This document shows positions 19,707-30,245 of a DNA stretch of 64,000 nucleotides, one piece after another. A program made the translations under genes and the position numbers. This DNA is from Oscillospiraceae bacterium (lineage in GTDB: Bacteria; Bacillota; Clostridia; Oscillospirales; JAVBNY01). Every line of letters starts with the position of its first letter. The stretch's first letter is position 1. The notes under the pieces are model-generated. The model ran no database searches. It worked only from the letters and a program-made list of their open reading frames with translations, and was not told the DNA's origin. The stretch lies in assembly GCA_031551205.1 (NCBI GenBank), contig JAVBNY010000010.1, forward strand, positions 6,113 to 70,112, in the 5' to 3' direction.

Positions 19707-22643
19707 TCATTGTGCGGCGAGGCGCCCGTTTATCTGCTCGATCTCCTCTTTCTTGGCAGGGGAGATCTCTGCGAGCTCAAACTTCGGCCTGGCAATGTAA
19801 TATCCCTGAAGATAGTCGACCCCAAGCGTGATGACAGTCTCCATCTCTTCCCGCGTTTCAACCCCTTCGGCGATTATCATTATGTCGCGCGCGGAGGCAT
19901 ACGTGATCGTGTTTTGTATAAGCTGCTGCCTGTCAGGGTCCTTGTCTATGCCGCTGACGATTGACATGTCAATCTTTATATAGTCCGGGTTTGTCGAAAG
20001 CAGAACCAGCTCGTTTGAATATCCGGCGCCGAAGTCGTCGATGGCGACATCGCCCCCCCAGCCGCGGACAAACTCAATCTTTTTAGCTATGCTGTCCTTG
20101 CTGGAGTATTCGTTCTCGGTGACCTCCGTGACGATATGCGGGAAAAGATGGCTGAAGCGCTCCTCAATCTCGCTCTGATCCGTCGCGAGAAAGTGCTGAT
20201 TAGGTATCGAGTTTATAAATACCTTTTTGCCATTTAGCTGCTCTAAGTTGTCGCCCATCCAGGAGAGCACCGTCAGATATGTAAGCCTTTCGATCTGATA
20301 GAGCTTTGCCTGCGCCCTCGCGAGGTACAAAACCTCCTTCGGGGACTTTAGCTCGCGCATCTGCGGCCGCATCAGCGCTTCATACGCGAATATATCCCCC
20401 GTCTTTGCGTTTACAATCGGCTGATACGCGTATTTGACGCGTACATCGTCAATCAGTATATTCAAAAGGTCGTTTTTGCGGACAAGATACGAATTTTCCT
20501 CATATGAAAGCACGTCAAACTCGCGTACACCGCCCTTAATCGAGTGCTTGACCTCATACATCGCGTAGTCGGCGTACTTCAGGAGCTCATCGACAGACGA
20601 TGAGTCCTCGGGATAAAACGCCAGGCCGAACGAAGAGCGGATCTTGTGGCTGTCCCCGTCCTGCGTGAAAAATCGGACATTCCCGAAAGACTCGTTGGCT
20701 GTCCTGAAGCATTCGCGCGCCTCGTCTTTCGTGGCAAAGCCGTGCATAAACGCCGCGAACTCATCACCCGAGATCCTCGCGACAACGGCTCCCATATCGC
20801 GGAATACAGAAAACGCCTCCGCCGCGCGCTGAATATACCTGTCCCCCATGTCATGCCCGAAGGTATCGTTAAAAAACTTCAGGTTGTCAAGGTCGCCGAA
20901 GATCATGAGGCCGATCTTGTCCGGCGATTCCTCAATCATCACGCTGGCGCGCATGTGAAAGGCCTTGCGGTTCAGCAGCTTTGTCAGCGGATCAAAATTG
21001 CGCTCATACTCCATGCGCTGCTTCTGGATTATCTCGTCGGTGACGTCAAGCACCGTGCCATACACCCTGTGATCCTCTTCGATCATCCTGAGGCGAATCC
21101 ATTTTTTGCGTCCGTGCGCGTTCTTTTCGCAGAGGCGCTCGATCTGCCCGTGGGGAGACAGCGTCTCATCCTTTATCTTGAGCTTCGAAATGGCGTCGTC
21201 CCATTTCTTCTGCTCGATGTAGGTCGCGCCCTCTTCCGGCTGGCCAAGCTCCAGGAGCCGGAAGGCAGATTCAGTGAGGAATACCCTGCCGGTCAGCCTG
21301 TTGACCTCAAAGCTGCCGATAGGCAGATCAACGAGTTCTACAATCTTCGACATCCTCGCGGCGGCCTCCATCGCGCTGTCAGACAGGGCTTCCAGCGCGG
21401 CCTCAAGCTCGTCAACCTCCGCGACATACGTCCTCTTGAGCCTTATCGGCTTTTCGGGGTCGAGCTCGCGCACGTTTCTCGCCAGCGACTTTATCGGGTT
21501 CCCCATATACAGCGCCAGCAGAAATGCCAGCACCGCACCGAGTATCATTATCGAGATTATCGCGATGTAAAGCACTCTGGCAACACCGTGCGGCGTGCTC
21601 AGCACATTGCCCGAAAGGTCATAATAACAGAGCGTCCAGCTGTTGATATTCGCCCATCTTTCGTCAAGCGACCGAAAGCGCACCTCGGTGTATGAGCCGA
21701 TAAAGTTTTTTGAAAAGCTGCCCTCGGTGAAAAAGTACCCCGTCCTGCCGGAAGGCATGTCCATAAGCGGCTGAAAGCCGAGCGCGCCCAATTCGCCGGG
21801 CAGCGCGACCTCCGCCGTTTTCTCTATCATAATACAGTCTTCAAACGGCGGAGGGCCGCCGGAATCGACGGAGAGCACATAGCTCCCGCTCTTAACCGCG
21901 GAATCCAGCGCGACAAAACGGCCAAGCAGCCCAAGATCAAGGCAGAATCCGAACGCGCCTCTGGCCTTGCCGTCGTCGCCCAAAAGTGGCACACAGTAGG
22001 CGACATACCTGTCCAAAATGCCATCCATCTCCAGGATTCCGCTCCATCTTCCAAAGCCCGCCGCCCCGGCTCCGCCGCGGGAGGCCTCATCCTCCGCCGA
22101 GTATACGGAGGCCAGCAGGCCCCCGTCCTCAATATTCGGCGTCCATCCGCCGTCCGGCTGTATGCCGGAGAGCCGCGCCAGCTCTTTCGGGCCGGCCAGC
22201 ATAGTGATGTCAGACCTGTCCGCGTGCGGCCCTCCCGCCTCGCCGTCAAGCAAGAATACGGACGCGCCGCCCACCGTGGATCCCGAGGCAAAAAGGAATA
22301 CTCCGCTCACCTCGTTATAGGTCATAAAATCCGCGAGGTCGGTCATCGCGCTTTCCAGCGCGATGACACCGGAGACACCCGGAAGGCGTCTGTTAATAAG
22401 AGCTGCGAGGTTGTTCGCGTTCTGCATCCTGATCCCGACCGAGGACATTATCTCGCTCGCCCGGCTTTCAACCTGGCTCTCAAGCCTGCTGAATGTCTCT
22501 CTGTTCAGGTCGTCAAGCGTGCCCGACCAGAGCATTGTGCACATGAAAACAACTCCCTGCAGCAATATCAGCACAAGGAGCGCGGCTATTGTTCTGCTGT
22601 ATAAAGTTACGTTGCGTCTTTCCTGCTTCATGTGAGGCAGCAT
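19707..22643 (-). CDS. Membrane-bound GGDEF-EAL c-di-GMP signalling protein
   Basis: Two TMs, HAMP/PAS-like linker, DLDNLK..ND..GH, SGDEF, YEALMR, DDFGAG. Confidence 0.9.
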   Translation of the reverse strand: MLPHMKQERRNVTLYSRTIAALLVLILLQGVVFMCTMLWSGTLDDLNRETFSRLESQVESRASEIMSSVGIRMQNANNLAALINRRLPGVSGVIALESAMTDLADFMTYNEVSGVFLFASGSTVGGASVFLLDGEAGGPHADRSDITMLAGPKELARLSGIQPDGGWTPNIEDGGLLASVYSAEDEASRGGAGAAGFGRWSGILEMDGILDRYVAYCVPLLGDDGKARGAFGFCLDLGLLGRFVALDSAVKSGSYVLSVDSGGPPPFEDCIMIEKTAEVALPGELGALGFQPLMDMPSGRTGYFFTEGSFSKNFIGSYTEVRFRSLDERWANINSWTLCYYDLSGNVLSTPHGVARVLYIAIISIMILGAVLAFLLALYMGNPIKSLARNVRELDPEKPIRLKRTYVAEVDELEAALEALSDSAMEAAARMSKIVELVDLPIGSFEVNRLTGRVFLTESAFRLLELGQPEEGATYIEQKKWDDAISKLKIKDETLSPHGQIERLCEKNAHGRKKWIRLRMIEEDHRVYGTVLDVTDEIIQKQRMEYERNFDPLTKLLNRKAFHMRASVMIEESPDKIGLMIFGDLDNLKFFNDTFGHDMGDRYIQRAAEAFSVFRDMGAVVARISGDEFAAFMHGFATKDEARECFRTANESFGNVRFFTQDGDSHKIRSSFGLAFYPEDSSSVDELLKYADYAMYEVKHSIKGGVREFDVLSYEENSYLVRKNDLLNILIDDVRVKYAYQPIVNAKTGDIFAYEALMRPQMRELKSPKEVLYLARAQAKLYQIERLTYLTVLSWMGDNLEQLNGKKVFINSIPNQHFLATDQSEIEERFSHLFPHIVTEVTENEYSSKDSIAKKIEFVRGWGGDVAIDDFGAGYSNELVLLSTNPDYIKIDMSIVSGIDKDPDRQQLIQNTITYASARDIMIIAEGVETREEMETVITLGVDYLQGYYIARPKFELAEISPAKKEEIEQINGRLAAQ

Positions 22644-22772
22644 CCTTTGAGAAATAATCTTGCTGAAAACAGGGTAATGTCTACCGTTGCGGTGTAATTA
22701 TACACTGCAATCCCCCATAAACGCAATAAAAATCAAACAAATAGCCTTATCCATTCGGATTTCGGCGCCGGA

Positions 22773-23168
22773 TTATGAGCTTCCCACCGAAACGGAGTAT
22801 CCTCGCCTTGAGAGCACGTCCACAGCCCTGAAAACGTCGTCCTCCCGGACGAGCAGATAATCCGTCAGAAAGGTGGAGATTACAAAAACGGGGATCTTTT
22901 CTTCCGAGAGCGCGCCGGATATGCCGGCAATGACGCCGGTGAGCGCAAAGTCGAGCCTGCCGTCTATACGGAGCGCTTTCCATCCGTCGGAGCGCTCGAG
23001 ATGCCCGGAGGGCGCCCTTTCCGCCGGACAAACAAGCGACAGCTCGCCCCTGGCCTTCGTCACGGAGACGAGCTCGCCCTCAATCCCGCCTAAAAACGCG
23101 TATTCCGGCATTTTCAGGATCGAGTATTCGTTCTCAAGCAGCAAAAGCTTTATATCGCCGGTATCCAT
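22773..23168 (-). CDS. ACT-domain protein (ACT_7/CASTOR-like)
   Basis: LDFALTGVIAGISGAL..IPVFVISTFLTDYLLV. Confidence 0.85.
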   Translation of the reverse strand: MDTGDIKLLLLENEYSILKMPEYAFLGGIEGELVSVTKARGELSLVCPAERAPSGHLERSDGWKALRIDGRLDFALTGVIAGISGALSEEKIPVFVISTFLTDYLLVREDDVFRAVDVLSRRGYSVSVGSS

Positions 23169-23329
23169 ACCCTGCCTCCTTATACCCTCTCTGTATGATA
23201 TTCCAATCGGGTCACATTGTCAACAATTGCGGCTCTCCGTCACAAAAGTCTTGGCAATTGAGATATTCGTGCTATAATGTTACGGGAGCCGGAAGAAACA
23301 GACGGCAAATAGCATGGAGAGGGACGCAG

Positions 23330-25546
23330 ATGGCATCTAAAAAAGACAGATCTATGAATTCGGCCGGCCTTACGGCAGTGGTCAGCGAGCAGCGGATTAC
23401 CGATACGCTGGAAAAAAACTACATGCCTTACGCGATGAGCGTTATCGTCTCGCGCGCAATCCCAGAGATCGACGGCTTCAAGCCGTCCCACCGCAAGCTG
23501 CTGTACACTATGTACAAGATGGGGTTGCTCACGGGCGCCAGGACTAAATCAGCGAACGTGGTGGGCCAGACGATGAGGCTGAATCCGCACGGCGAATCCG
23601 CCATATATGAGACAATGGTGCGCCTTTCAAGGGGATATGAGGCGCTTCTATGCCCGTTTGTGGACTCAAAGGGCAACTTCGGCAAGGTGTATTCCCGCGA
23701 CATGGCTTACGCCGCCTCGCGATACACGGAGGTAAAGCTCGACGCCGTCTGCTCAGAGCTTTTTTCGGACATCGACCGCGACACGGTCGACTTCTTCGAC
23801 AACTACGACGGCACTATGAAGGAGCCTGCGCTTCTGCCGTCCGCCTTTCCAAATGTGCTGGTGTCCGCAAATCAGGGCATCGCGGTCGGCATGGCCTCGC
23901 AGATCTGTGGATTTAACCTCGCCGAGGTCTGCAAAACAACGGTAAAGTTTATAAAAAATCCCAGCCTCGATATTATATCGACACTTCCCGCCCCGGACTT
24001 CAGGACAGGAGGCGAGATTGTTTATGACGAGGGCGCGATGCGCGATATCTATACCTCAGGGCGAGGAAGCTTCAAGGTGCGGTCCCGGTGGCGGTACGAT
24101 AAAAAAGAGAACCTGATCGAGATCTTTGAGATCCCCTACACAACCACTGTTGAGGCAATTATGGATAAGATCTCCGAGCTGGCGAAGCAGGGAAAGCTGC
24201 GCGACATAGCAGATATGCGCGATGAGACGGACCTCTCCGGTCTCAAGCTGACGATGAACCTGAGGCGCGGGGTCGACCCGGACAGGCTGATGCAGCGGCT
24301 TTTCAAGCAGACCCCGCTGATGGATGCCTTTTCCTGCAATTTTAACATACTTATAGGCGGATCGCCGCGCGTCATGGGCATTCGCGAGATACTCGAGGAG
24401 TGGTGCGCCTGGCGGTACGAATGTGTGCGCCGCAGGGTATTCTTCGACCTGGGCAGGAAGAAAGAGCGCTTCCATCTGCTCGCCGGGCTTTCAAAGATAC
24501 TGCTTGACATCGACAGGGCCATCGCTATCATCCGCGGCACGGAGGAGGAGAGCGAGGTCATCCCGAATCTTATGATTGGCTTTTTGATCGATGAGACGCA
24601 GGCGGATTACATTGCTGAGATTAAGCTCCGCAATATTAACAGGCAGTATATCTTAAAGCGCCTCTCCGAGAAAGATGAGCTTGAACGCACGATACGCGAG
24701 CTTGGGGATCTGCTCAAAAACCGCGCCGGGATTATGGACATAATAACCGGCGAGCTGACCGAGATCGCGAAGAAGTACGGCGCTCCGCGAAAAACCGGGC
24801 TTGTCTTTGAGCATGAGGTCGAGAGGTACAACGAGGAGGATCACATTGAGGACTATCCTGTCAGCGTGTTCCTCTCGCGCGAGGGATATCTGAAAAAGAT
24901 CACGGCGGCCTCGCTCCGCATGAGCGGCGAACAGAAGTACAAGGAAAACGACGGCCCGTTTTTATCTTTTGACGGCACTAACAAGTCGGAGATAATAGTA
25001 TTTACAAATAAGTGTCAGGCGTACAAGGCAAGGCTTTTCGAGTTTGACGACCACAAGGCGTCGCTTCTCGGGGACTTTCTGCCGTCAAAGCTCTCGATGG
25101 ACGAGGGCGAAAATCCTGTGTTCATGTTCCTTCCCGGGGATTATAAGGGAACGCTGCTCTTCTTCTTTGAAAACGGGAAGGTGGCCAGGGTCTCCGCCTC
25201 GGGCTACGACACGAAGTCCAACAGGAAAAAGCTCACCGGAGCCTATTCCGACAAATCGCCGCTTTCCGGCGCGCTGCATATCTCGGAGGACTGCGAGGTC
25301 GCGCTTTACTCCACCGACGGCCGTGTGCTCATCTTTAACACCGCTCAGCTTTCGCCGAAGACAACGCGCTCGACCCAGGGCGTAGGCGTGATGATGCTAA
25401 AGCCGCGCCACAAACTCGACAGAGCTATAAAACTCGCCGAAACGGGCATAACAAACGCATCGCGGTACCGCGCGCGTTCCCTTCCCGCCGCGGGAGCCCT
25501 GCTGCGCGGCGAGGACGTAGGCGAGGTGCAGATGTCTATAGACTGA
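23330..25546 (+). CDS. Type IIA topoisomerase subunit A (GyrA/ParC-like)
   Basis: DGFKPSHR, PHGE, AASRYTE with catalytic Tyr; short C-terminal domain. Confidence 0.9.
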   Translation: MASKKDRSMNSAGLTAVVSEQRITDTLEKNYMPYAMSVIVSRAIPEIDGFKPSHRKLLYTMYKMGLLTGARTKSANVVGQTMRLNPHGESAIYETMVRLSRGYEALLCPFVDSKGNFGKVYSRDMAYAASRYTEVKLDAVCSELFSDIDRDTVDFFDNYDGTMKEPALLPSAFPNVLVSANQGIAVGMASQICGFNLAEVCKTTVKFIKNPSLDIISTLPAPDFRTGGEIVYDEGAMRDIYTSGRGSFKVRSRWRYDKKENLIEIFEIPYTTTVEAIMDKISELAKQGKLRDIADMRDETDLSGLKLTMNLRRGVDPDRLMQRLFKQTPLMDAFSCNFNILIGGSPRVMGIREILEEWCAWRYECVRRRVFFDLGRKKERFHLLAGLSKILLDIDRAIAIIRGTEEESEVIPNLMIGFLIDETQADYIAEIKLRNINRQYILKRLSEKDELERTIRELGDLLKNRAGIMDIITGELTEIAKKYGAPRKTGLVFEHEVERYNEEDHIEDYPVSVFLSREGYLKKITAASLRMSGEQKYKENDGPFLSFDGTNKSEIIVFTNKCQAYKARLFEFDDHKASLLGDFLPSKLSMDEGENPVFMFLPGDYKGTLLFFFENGKVARVSASGYDTKSNRKKLTGAYSDKSPLSGALHISEDCEVALYSTDGRVLIFNTAQLSPKTTRSTQGVGVMMLKPRHKLDRAIKLAETGITNASRYRARSLPAAGALLRGEDVGEVQMSID

Positions 25547-25595
25547 GGCTTTGCGGGGCTTTTCGCCGCGAAGCCTTTTGAAAGGATGCTTGCCG

Positions 25596-26462
25596 GTGAA
25601 AAAACGTGTGATTGGACGCTTTCTGCTTGACGCGGCGTTCATTGTCTCGGGCAGCGCGCTGTACGCCGCGGCGTTCAATATCTTCCTCGACCCGAACAAT
25701 ATTGCGCCCGGCGGCCTGACAGGCCTCTCGATGGTTATAAGCAGATGGGCGCCGATCTTGCCCGTAGGCGTGTTGATTATTGCGCTGAACGTGCCGCTGT
25801 TCCTCGGCAGCCTCAGGCTCGCGGGGAAGGATTTTCTGCTGAAGTCGCTCGCGGGCATGCTCGTCTCCTCCGTTTTTATCGACCTTTTCGCCTTCCTCCC
25901 GCACTACACCTCGGACAGGCTGCTCGCCGCGCTTTACGGCGGCGTGATCATGGGCGCGGGTCTCGGCCTTATCATGCTGCGCGGCGCGACGACCGGCGGA
26001 AGTGAGATCGCGGGCAAGCTGCTGAAGTTCCTTTTTCCGCATGTGCCAATCGGCAGGATGGTCATGGCGGTGGACCTGCTGATAATCGCGCTGGCGGCCG
26101 CCGTTTTCAGGGATATCAACGCCGCGCTTTACGCCGCCATCTCGCTCTATGTCTGCACAATCGTGCTGGATGGGATTGTATATGGCCTCAATTACGCGAG
26201 GGTTGTGTACATCATCAGCTCAGAGCACGCCGCCATAACAAGCGCGATCAGCGAAAATATCGGCCGCGGGGCGACCCTGCTGCACGGCGAGGGCGCGATG
26301 GGCGACGCGAAAAAGGTCATCCTCTGCGCGATAAAGCCCCCGCAGATCGCAAAACTCAAGGAGCTTGTACGTGAGATCGACGAGGGCGCCTTTGTGATTG
26401 TCACCGAGGCACACGAGGTGCTTGGCGAGGGATTTCTCGATCACGGCAGGCAGCAGATGTAA
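25596..26462 (+). CDS. YitT family membrane protein
   Basis: GGLTGL, GATTGGSE, DEGAFVIVTEAHEVLGEGF. Confidence 0.88.
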   Translation: MKKRVIGRFLLDAAFIVSGSALYAAAFNIFLDPNNIAPGGLTGLSMVISRWAPILPVGVLIIALNVPLFLGSLRLAGKDFLLKSLAGMLVSSVFIDLFAFLPHYTSDRLLAALYGGVIMGAGLGLIMLRGATTGGSEIAGKLLKFLFPHVPIGRMVMAVDLLIIALAAAVFRDINAALYAAISLYVCTIVLDGIVYGLNYARVVYIISSEHAAITSAISENIGRGATLLHGEGAMGDAKKVILCAIKPPQIAKLKELVREIDEGAFVIVTEAHEVLGEGFLDHGRQQM

Positions 26463-26476
26463 AAAGGGGAGTCATT

Positions 26477-27136
26477 ATGAAAAACCGGAGCTTTAAGGCC
26501 GTGCTTTTCGACCTCGACGGCACGCTGCTTGATACAATAGAGGATATTACTGACAGCGCGAACCTGGCGCTGTCGGCCTGCGGGCTGCCCACCCACGGGG
26601 CGGACAGCTATAAGCTTTTCGTGGGGAGCGGCGTGGCCGAGCTGATAAACCGCTGCGTCGGGGAGGCGTCCGCCGATATATCCGTGCGAAACGAGGTCGA
26701 GAGGCTGTACCGTGAGCACTACCTCAAAAACTGCCGCAACAAAACAAGGCCTTACGCGAATACAGCCGAGCTTTTGGAGGAACTCTCCCGGCGCGGCGTT
26801 TTGTGCGCGGTGCTTTCAAACAAACCGGACGCGGAAACCGGGATTGTCGTGCGCGAGTTCTTCCCCGGGGCGCGCTTTGCGGCCGTGGCCGGGCAGAGGG
26901 ACGGCGTCGCGCCGAAGCCTTCACCTGAGGGCGCGCTCCTTATTTCGCGCGAGCTCGGCATCCCGCCCGAAGGATTTTTATACCTCGGCGACACATCAGT
27001 GGACATGCAGACCGCCATCTCCGCGGGTATGTTCCCCGTCGGCGCGCTGTGGGGCTTTCGCTCTCGGGAGGAGCTTGAAAAAAACGGCGCCAATGCCCTA
27101 ATAGGCGATCCGCTTGAGCTGCTGGAACTGCTCTGA
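26477..27136 (+). CDS. HAD hydrolase (phosphoglycolate phosphatase-like)
   Basis: FDLDGTLLDT, SNK, KPSP, GDTSVD. Confidence 0.9.
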   Translation: MKNRSFKAVLFDLDGTLLDTIEDITDSANLALSACGLPTHGADSYKLFVGSGVAELINRCVGEASADISVRNEVERLYREHYLKNCRNKTRPYANTAELLEELSRRGVLCAVLSNKPDAETGIVVREFFPGARFAAVAGQRDGVAPKPSPEGALLISRELGIPPEGFLYLGDTSVDMQTAISAGMFPVGALWGFRSREELEKNGANALIGDPLELLELL

Positions 27137-27454
27137 CGCTTACATACGGGATTTCGGGGGGATTGACCGGGCCGGTCAATCCCCCTTTTTGCCGCTCTCC
27201 GGCGTTTTAAAGGCCCGGTTTTCCTCCATTGCCAGACGCTGGACAAAAAAATGGCAGGCGCTGGACAGTTTGGTTATATATATGAAAAAAGTTGCAAAAA
27301 ATGCGCCTTATTGTTACAAACACGTTACTAATGCGCATAAATTGTTGACTTTTATCTTGCGCCGTCGTATCATGTGAAGCGTGGACGGCATATAAGCGGC
27401 GCTACAATCGGCGCCATGACAATAAGAGAAATTAATTAGGGAGGAATCTCGAAT

Positions 27455-30109
27455 ATGAGAAATCTCAAGAAAATCACATCCCTCGCGCTGGTGTGCGTTC
27501 TGGCTCTCGGCCTGATGCTGACCGCCAGTGCACGCGATTACAGTGACAGTACTGACATAAAGAACACGGAAGCGGTTGCGCTTCTCGGCGAACTCCAGAT
27601 CATGCAGGGCCACGAAAACGGCTCGTTCGAACCCAACGGAACGCTTACCCGCGGTCAGCTGGCGAAGATGGTCTACGTCGCGCTGAACAGAGGTATTGAC
27701 GACAAGGCCACAATGTTTGCCAGCGTCAGCGTCCCGTTTGTCGATACGAAGGCCATCTGGTCCGAGGGCTACATCAACTTCTGCTACATAAACGGCATCG
27801 TGTCCGGCGTCACGCCGACCAGGTTTAACCCCGAAGGCAAGGTCACGGGATTTGAAACCATGAAGATGCTCCTCACCTCGCTCGGATACGACGCCGACAA
27901 AGAAGGCTTCAAGGGCGAGCTCTGGCAGTCGAACGTACTCAGGGTTGCCTCCCGCGCCGGCCTGCTCGAAGGCTTTAACGGAGTCGACGCCTCCAAGGCG
28001 ATCTCGCGCGACAACGCCGCTCTCCTTACCTACAACATGCTCTCCTGCTACATGGTCACTTACAAGGACGGCGTCGCCACCGAGACCACAAAGACATACG
28101 CTCTTGATAAGCTCGGCCTCTACACGCTGACAGGCGTCCTCGTCTCCAACGACAAAGCCTCCCTCACAGGCACGCCGAACTCCAAGTCCGCGACCTCCAC
28201 GATAGTCGTTGATGGAAAGGACATCATAATCCCCGCTTCTTCCGATATTAACATGCTCGGCATGAACGTCACAGCCTACGTCAAGGCCAAGGATCTTGCG
28301 AAGGCCGACGACGGCAAGTGGGACGACAACGTCTCGAAGGTTTACGGCGCCATCATCGAGGCCGTGGGCAAGAACACCGTCTATAACGGCACCGCTTCCG
28401 ACCTCACGCTCAGCAACGGCGGCAAGACGCTCACCTTCAAGGTCAGCTCCAAGAAAAACATCTCGATGACAGTTACGGGAACACTCAATGTCACGAAGAA
28501 CTTTGACCAGATCGAGCTCACTCAGGCCGCCCTTGATGCCCTGAACAACAGCGTGAACGTCCGCGCCATTGACAACGATTCAGACGGCAAGCTCGACCAG
28601 GTTGTTATCATCGAGCGCGCCTACGGCACGGTCACTTACAACAGCGAAGCCTCCCAGAAGATCACCTTTGGCGGCATAACCCGCCAGGACGACGACTACA
28701 CCGCGATCGCCGGCGTGTCCTCCCTCCAGAAGGATGACCGCGTGCTCTTCTATCAGATCAAGAACGGCGCCTACGTCATAGAGAAGGCCCCGACCTTTGT
28801 TGGAACGCTCACCGGCACAACCAGCGATTCCGACGGCAAGATCTACGCCACGATCTCCGGCAGCAGCTATGTCAACTCCGAGATATCCAACTCGAAGGTC
28901 AAGCAGATGTCCGACCTCATCGCCTCCTCTAACCTGAACAAAGAGCTCACGTTCTATACGGACGGCAGGAACATCGTTGAGTTCAAGGCCCCCGATACTA
29001 CAACAACCGACAAATATCTTGTCATCATGGAGGCCGCGAAGCTCGGCACAGGCGCAGCGTTTGACCCGATCTCCTACAAGGCCAATGTCCTGATGAGCAA
29101 CGGCACAAAGGGCGAATACAAGGTGCACTCCATCAACAATGCCACCGACAGCGACAACGCCTTTAAAGACAAGTTCACGAACGCCGCTACCGATCTCGTC
29201 GGCAAGGTCTTTGCCTACACGATCAACAAGGACAATAAGCTTGTCCTGACGGACAACTCCAAGACAGTCAGCACAACGATCACCCCGGCAAACAACGTCA
29301 CCTTCGACGCAGCCGACAACGGCGCGATCAAGACGGCTGCCGGCACGAAGATCCTCGATTCTCAGTCCATCGCGTTCATCAAGAAAATTGGCGGCGACGT
29401 GGACGAATGGACAGTGTCGATCGGCCGAAACAACATCAAGAAGATCACCTCCTCCGACAATAACCCCGTTGATGTCAGCATGTACCTCGGCGACTACAGC
29501 AGCGACGGCGCGAAGGACAAGATCATCGCGATGGCTCTGACAGGCGACACCCGCAGCGAATCCAAGTACGGCGTCCTCGTCAGCAATGTGCAGCTCAGCG
29601 ACGACAACACCGGCGTCATCGGCAAGTTCCGCATGTTCAACGGAACAGAGGAAAAAGACATGACGACTGACTATGACGTTGTTAAGAACACAACAAACGG
29701 CAACGCGAAGCTCGGCGACACGGCGAACATCAAGGCCGGCAGCATTGTAAAATATGAGCTGTCAGGCGACAAGATAAGCTCCATCGAGCCTGTCAATCCG
29801 AAGATCGGCGAGTTCAAAGCCGGATACGCCACCACCCTGTCGAACAATCTCGTTGCGCTGAGCATGTTCAACAACGCCGCCGCTCCCACGCTCGACTACT
29901 ACACGCTCGCTGACGACGTCAAGGTTTACGCCATCGGCGACAAGGGCGAGAGCTGCTCGATCAGCGACACCGCCAACGTAGCTATCGACACCAGCGACGT
30001 CCCGGCCGACTTCACAAGCGGCGCTGCCTCCAGCTACAGGACCGTCCTCCACTTCAACGACAAAAACAAGGTTGACGCGATCTACACCTTCCTCAACGAC
30101 ATGAAATAA
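27455..30109 (+). CDS. Probable major S-layer protein (signal peptide, N-terminal SLH domains)
   Basis: TRGQLAKMVY and SRDNAALL SLH motifs; strong C-ending codon bias; promoter TTGACT-17-TATCAT upstream. Confidence 0.85.
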   Translation: MRNLKKITSLALVCVLALGLMLTASARDYSDSTDIKNTEAVALLGELQIMQGHENGSFEPNGTLTRGQLAKMVYVALNRGIDDKATMFASVSVPFVDTKAIWSEGYINFCYINGIVSGVTPTRFNPEGKVTGFETMKMLLTSLGYDADKEGFKGELWQSNVLRVASRAGLLEGFNGVDASKAISRDNAALLTYNMLSCYMVTYKDGVATETTKTYALDKLGLYTLTGVLVSNDKASLTGTPNSKSATSTIVVDGKDIIIPASSDINMLGMNVTAYVKAKDLAKADDGKWDDNVSKVYGAIIEAVGKNTVYNGTASDLTLSNGGKTLTFKVSSKKNISMTVTGTLNVTKNFDQIELTQAALDALNNSVNVRAIDNDSDGKLDQVVIIERAYGTVTYNSEASQKITFGGITRQDDDYTAIAGVSSLQKDDRVLFYQIKNGAYVIEKAPTFVGTLTGTTSDSDGKIYATISGSSYVNSEISNSKVKQMSDLIASSNLNKELTFYTDGRNIVEFKAPDTTTTDKYLVIMEAAKLGTGAAFDPISYKANVLMSNGTKGEYKVHSINNATDSDNAFKDKFTNAATDLVGKVFAYTINKDNKLVLTDNSKTVSTTITPANNVTFDAADNGAIKTAAGTKILDSQSIAFIKKIGGDVDEWTVSIGRNNIKKITSSDNNPVDVSMYLGDYSSDGAKDKIIAMALTGDTRSESKYGVLVSNVQLSDDNTGVIGKFRMFNGTEEKDMTTDYDVVKNTTNGNAKLGDTANIKAGSIVKYELSGDKISSIEPVNPKIGEFKAGYATTLSNNLVALSMFNNAAAPTLDYYTLADDVKVYAIGDKGESCSISDTANVAIDTSDVPADFTSGAASSYRTVLHFNDKNKVDAIYTFLNDMK

Positions 30110-30121
30110 GTCTTTTCCGCA

Positions 30122-30153
30122 AAAGGCGCCGGGGCTAAAGCCCCGGCGCCTTT
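30122..30153 (+). terminator. Intrinsic terminator
   Basis: AAAGGCGCCGGGGC-TAAA-GCCCCGGCGCCTTT. Confidence 0.8.
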
Positions 30154-30193
30154 ACGCGACTGAATCGCGCGCCCAAAATTTCTGCATTTCCTA

Positions 30194-30224
30194 TTGACAT
30201 TGACGTTACGTCATGGTTTATTAT
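30194..30224 (+). promoter_or_regulatory. MerR-type promoter with 19-bp spacer and dyad operator
   Basis: TTGACA-19-TATTAT with the palindrome TGACGTTACGTCA in the spacer. Confidence 0.8.
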
Positions 30225-30245
30225 GAGCATATGGGAGGTGGACAT

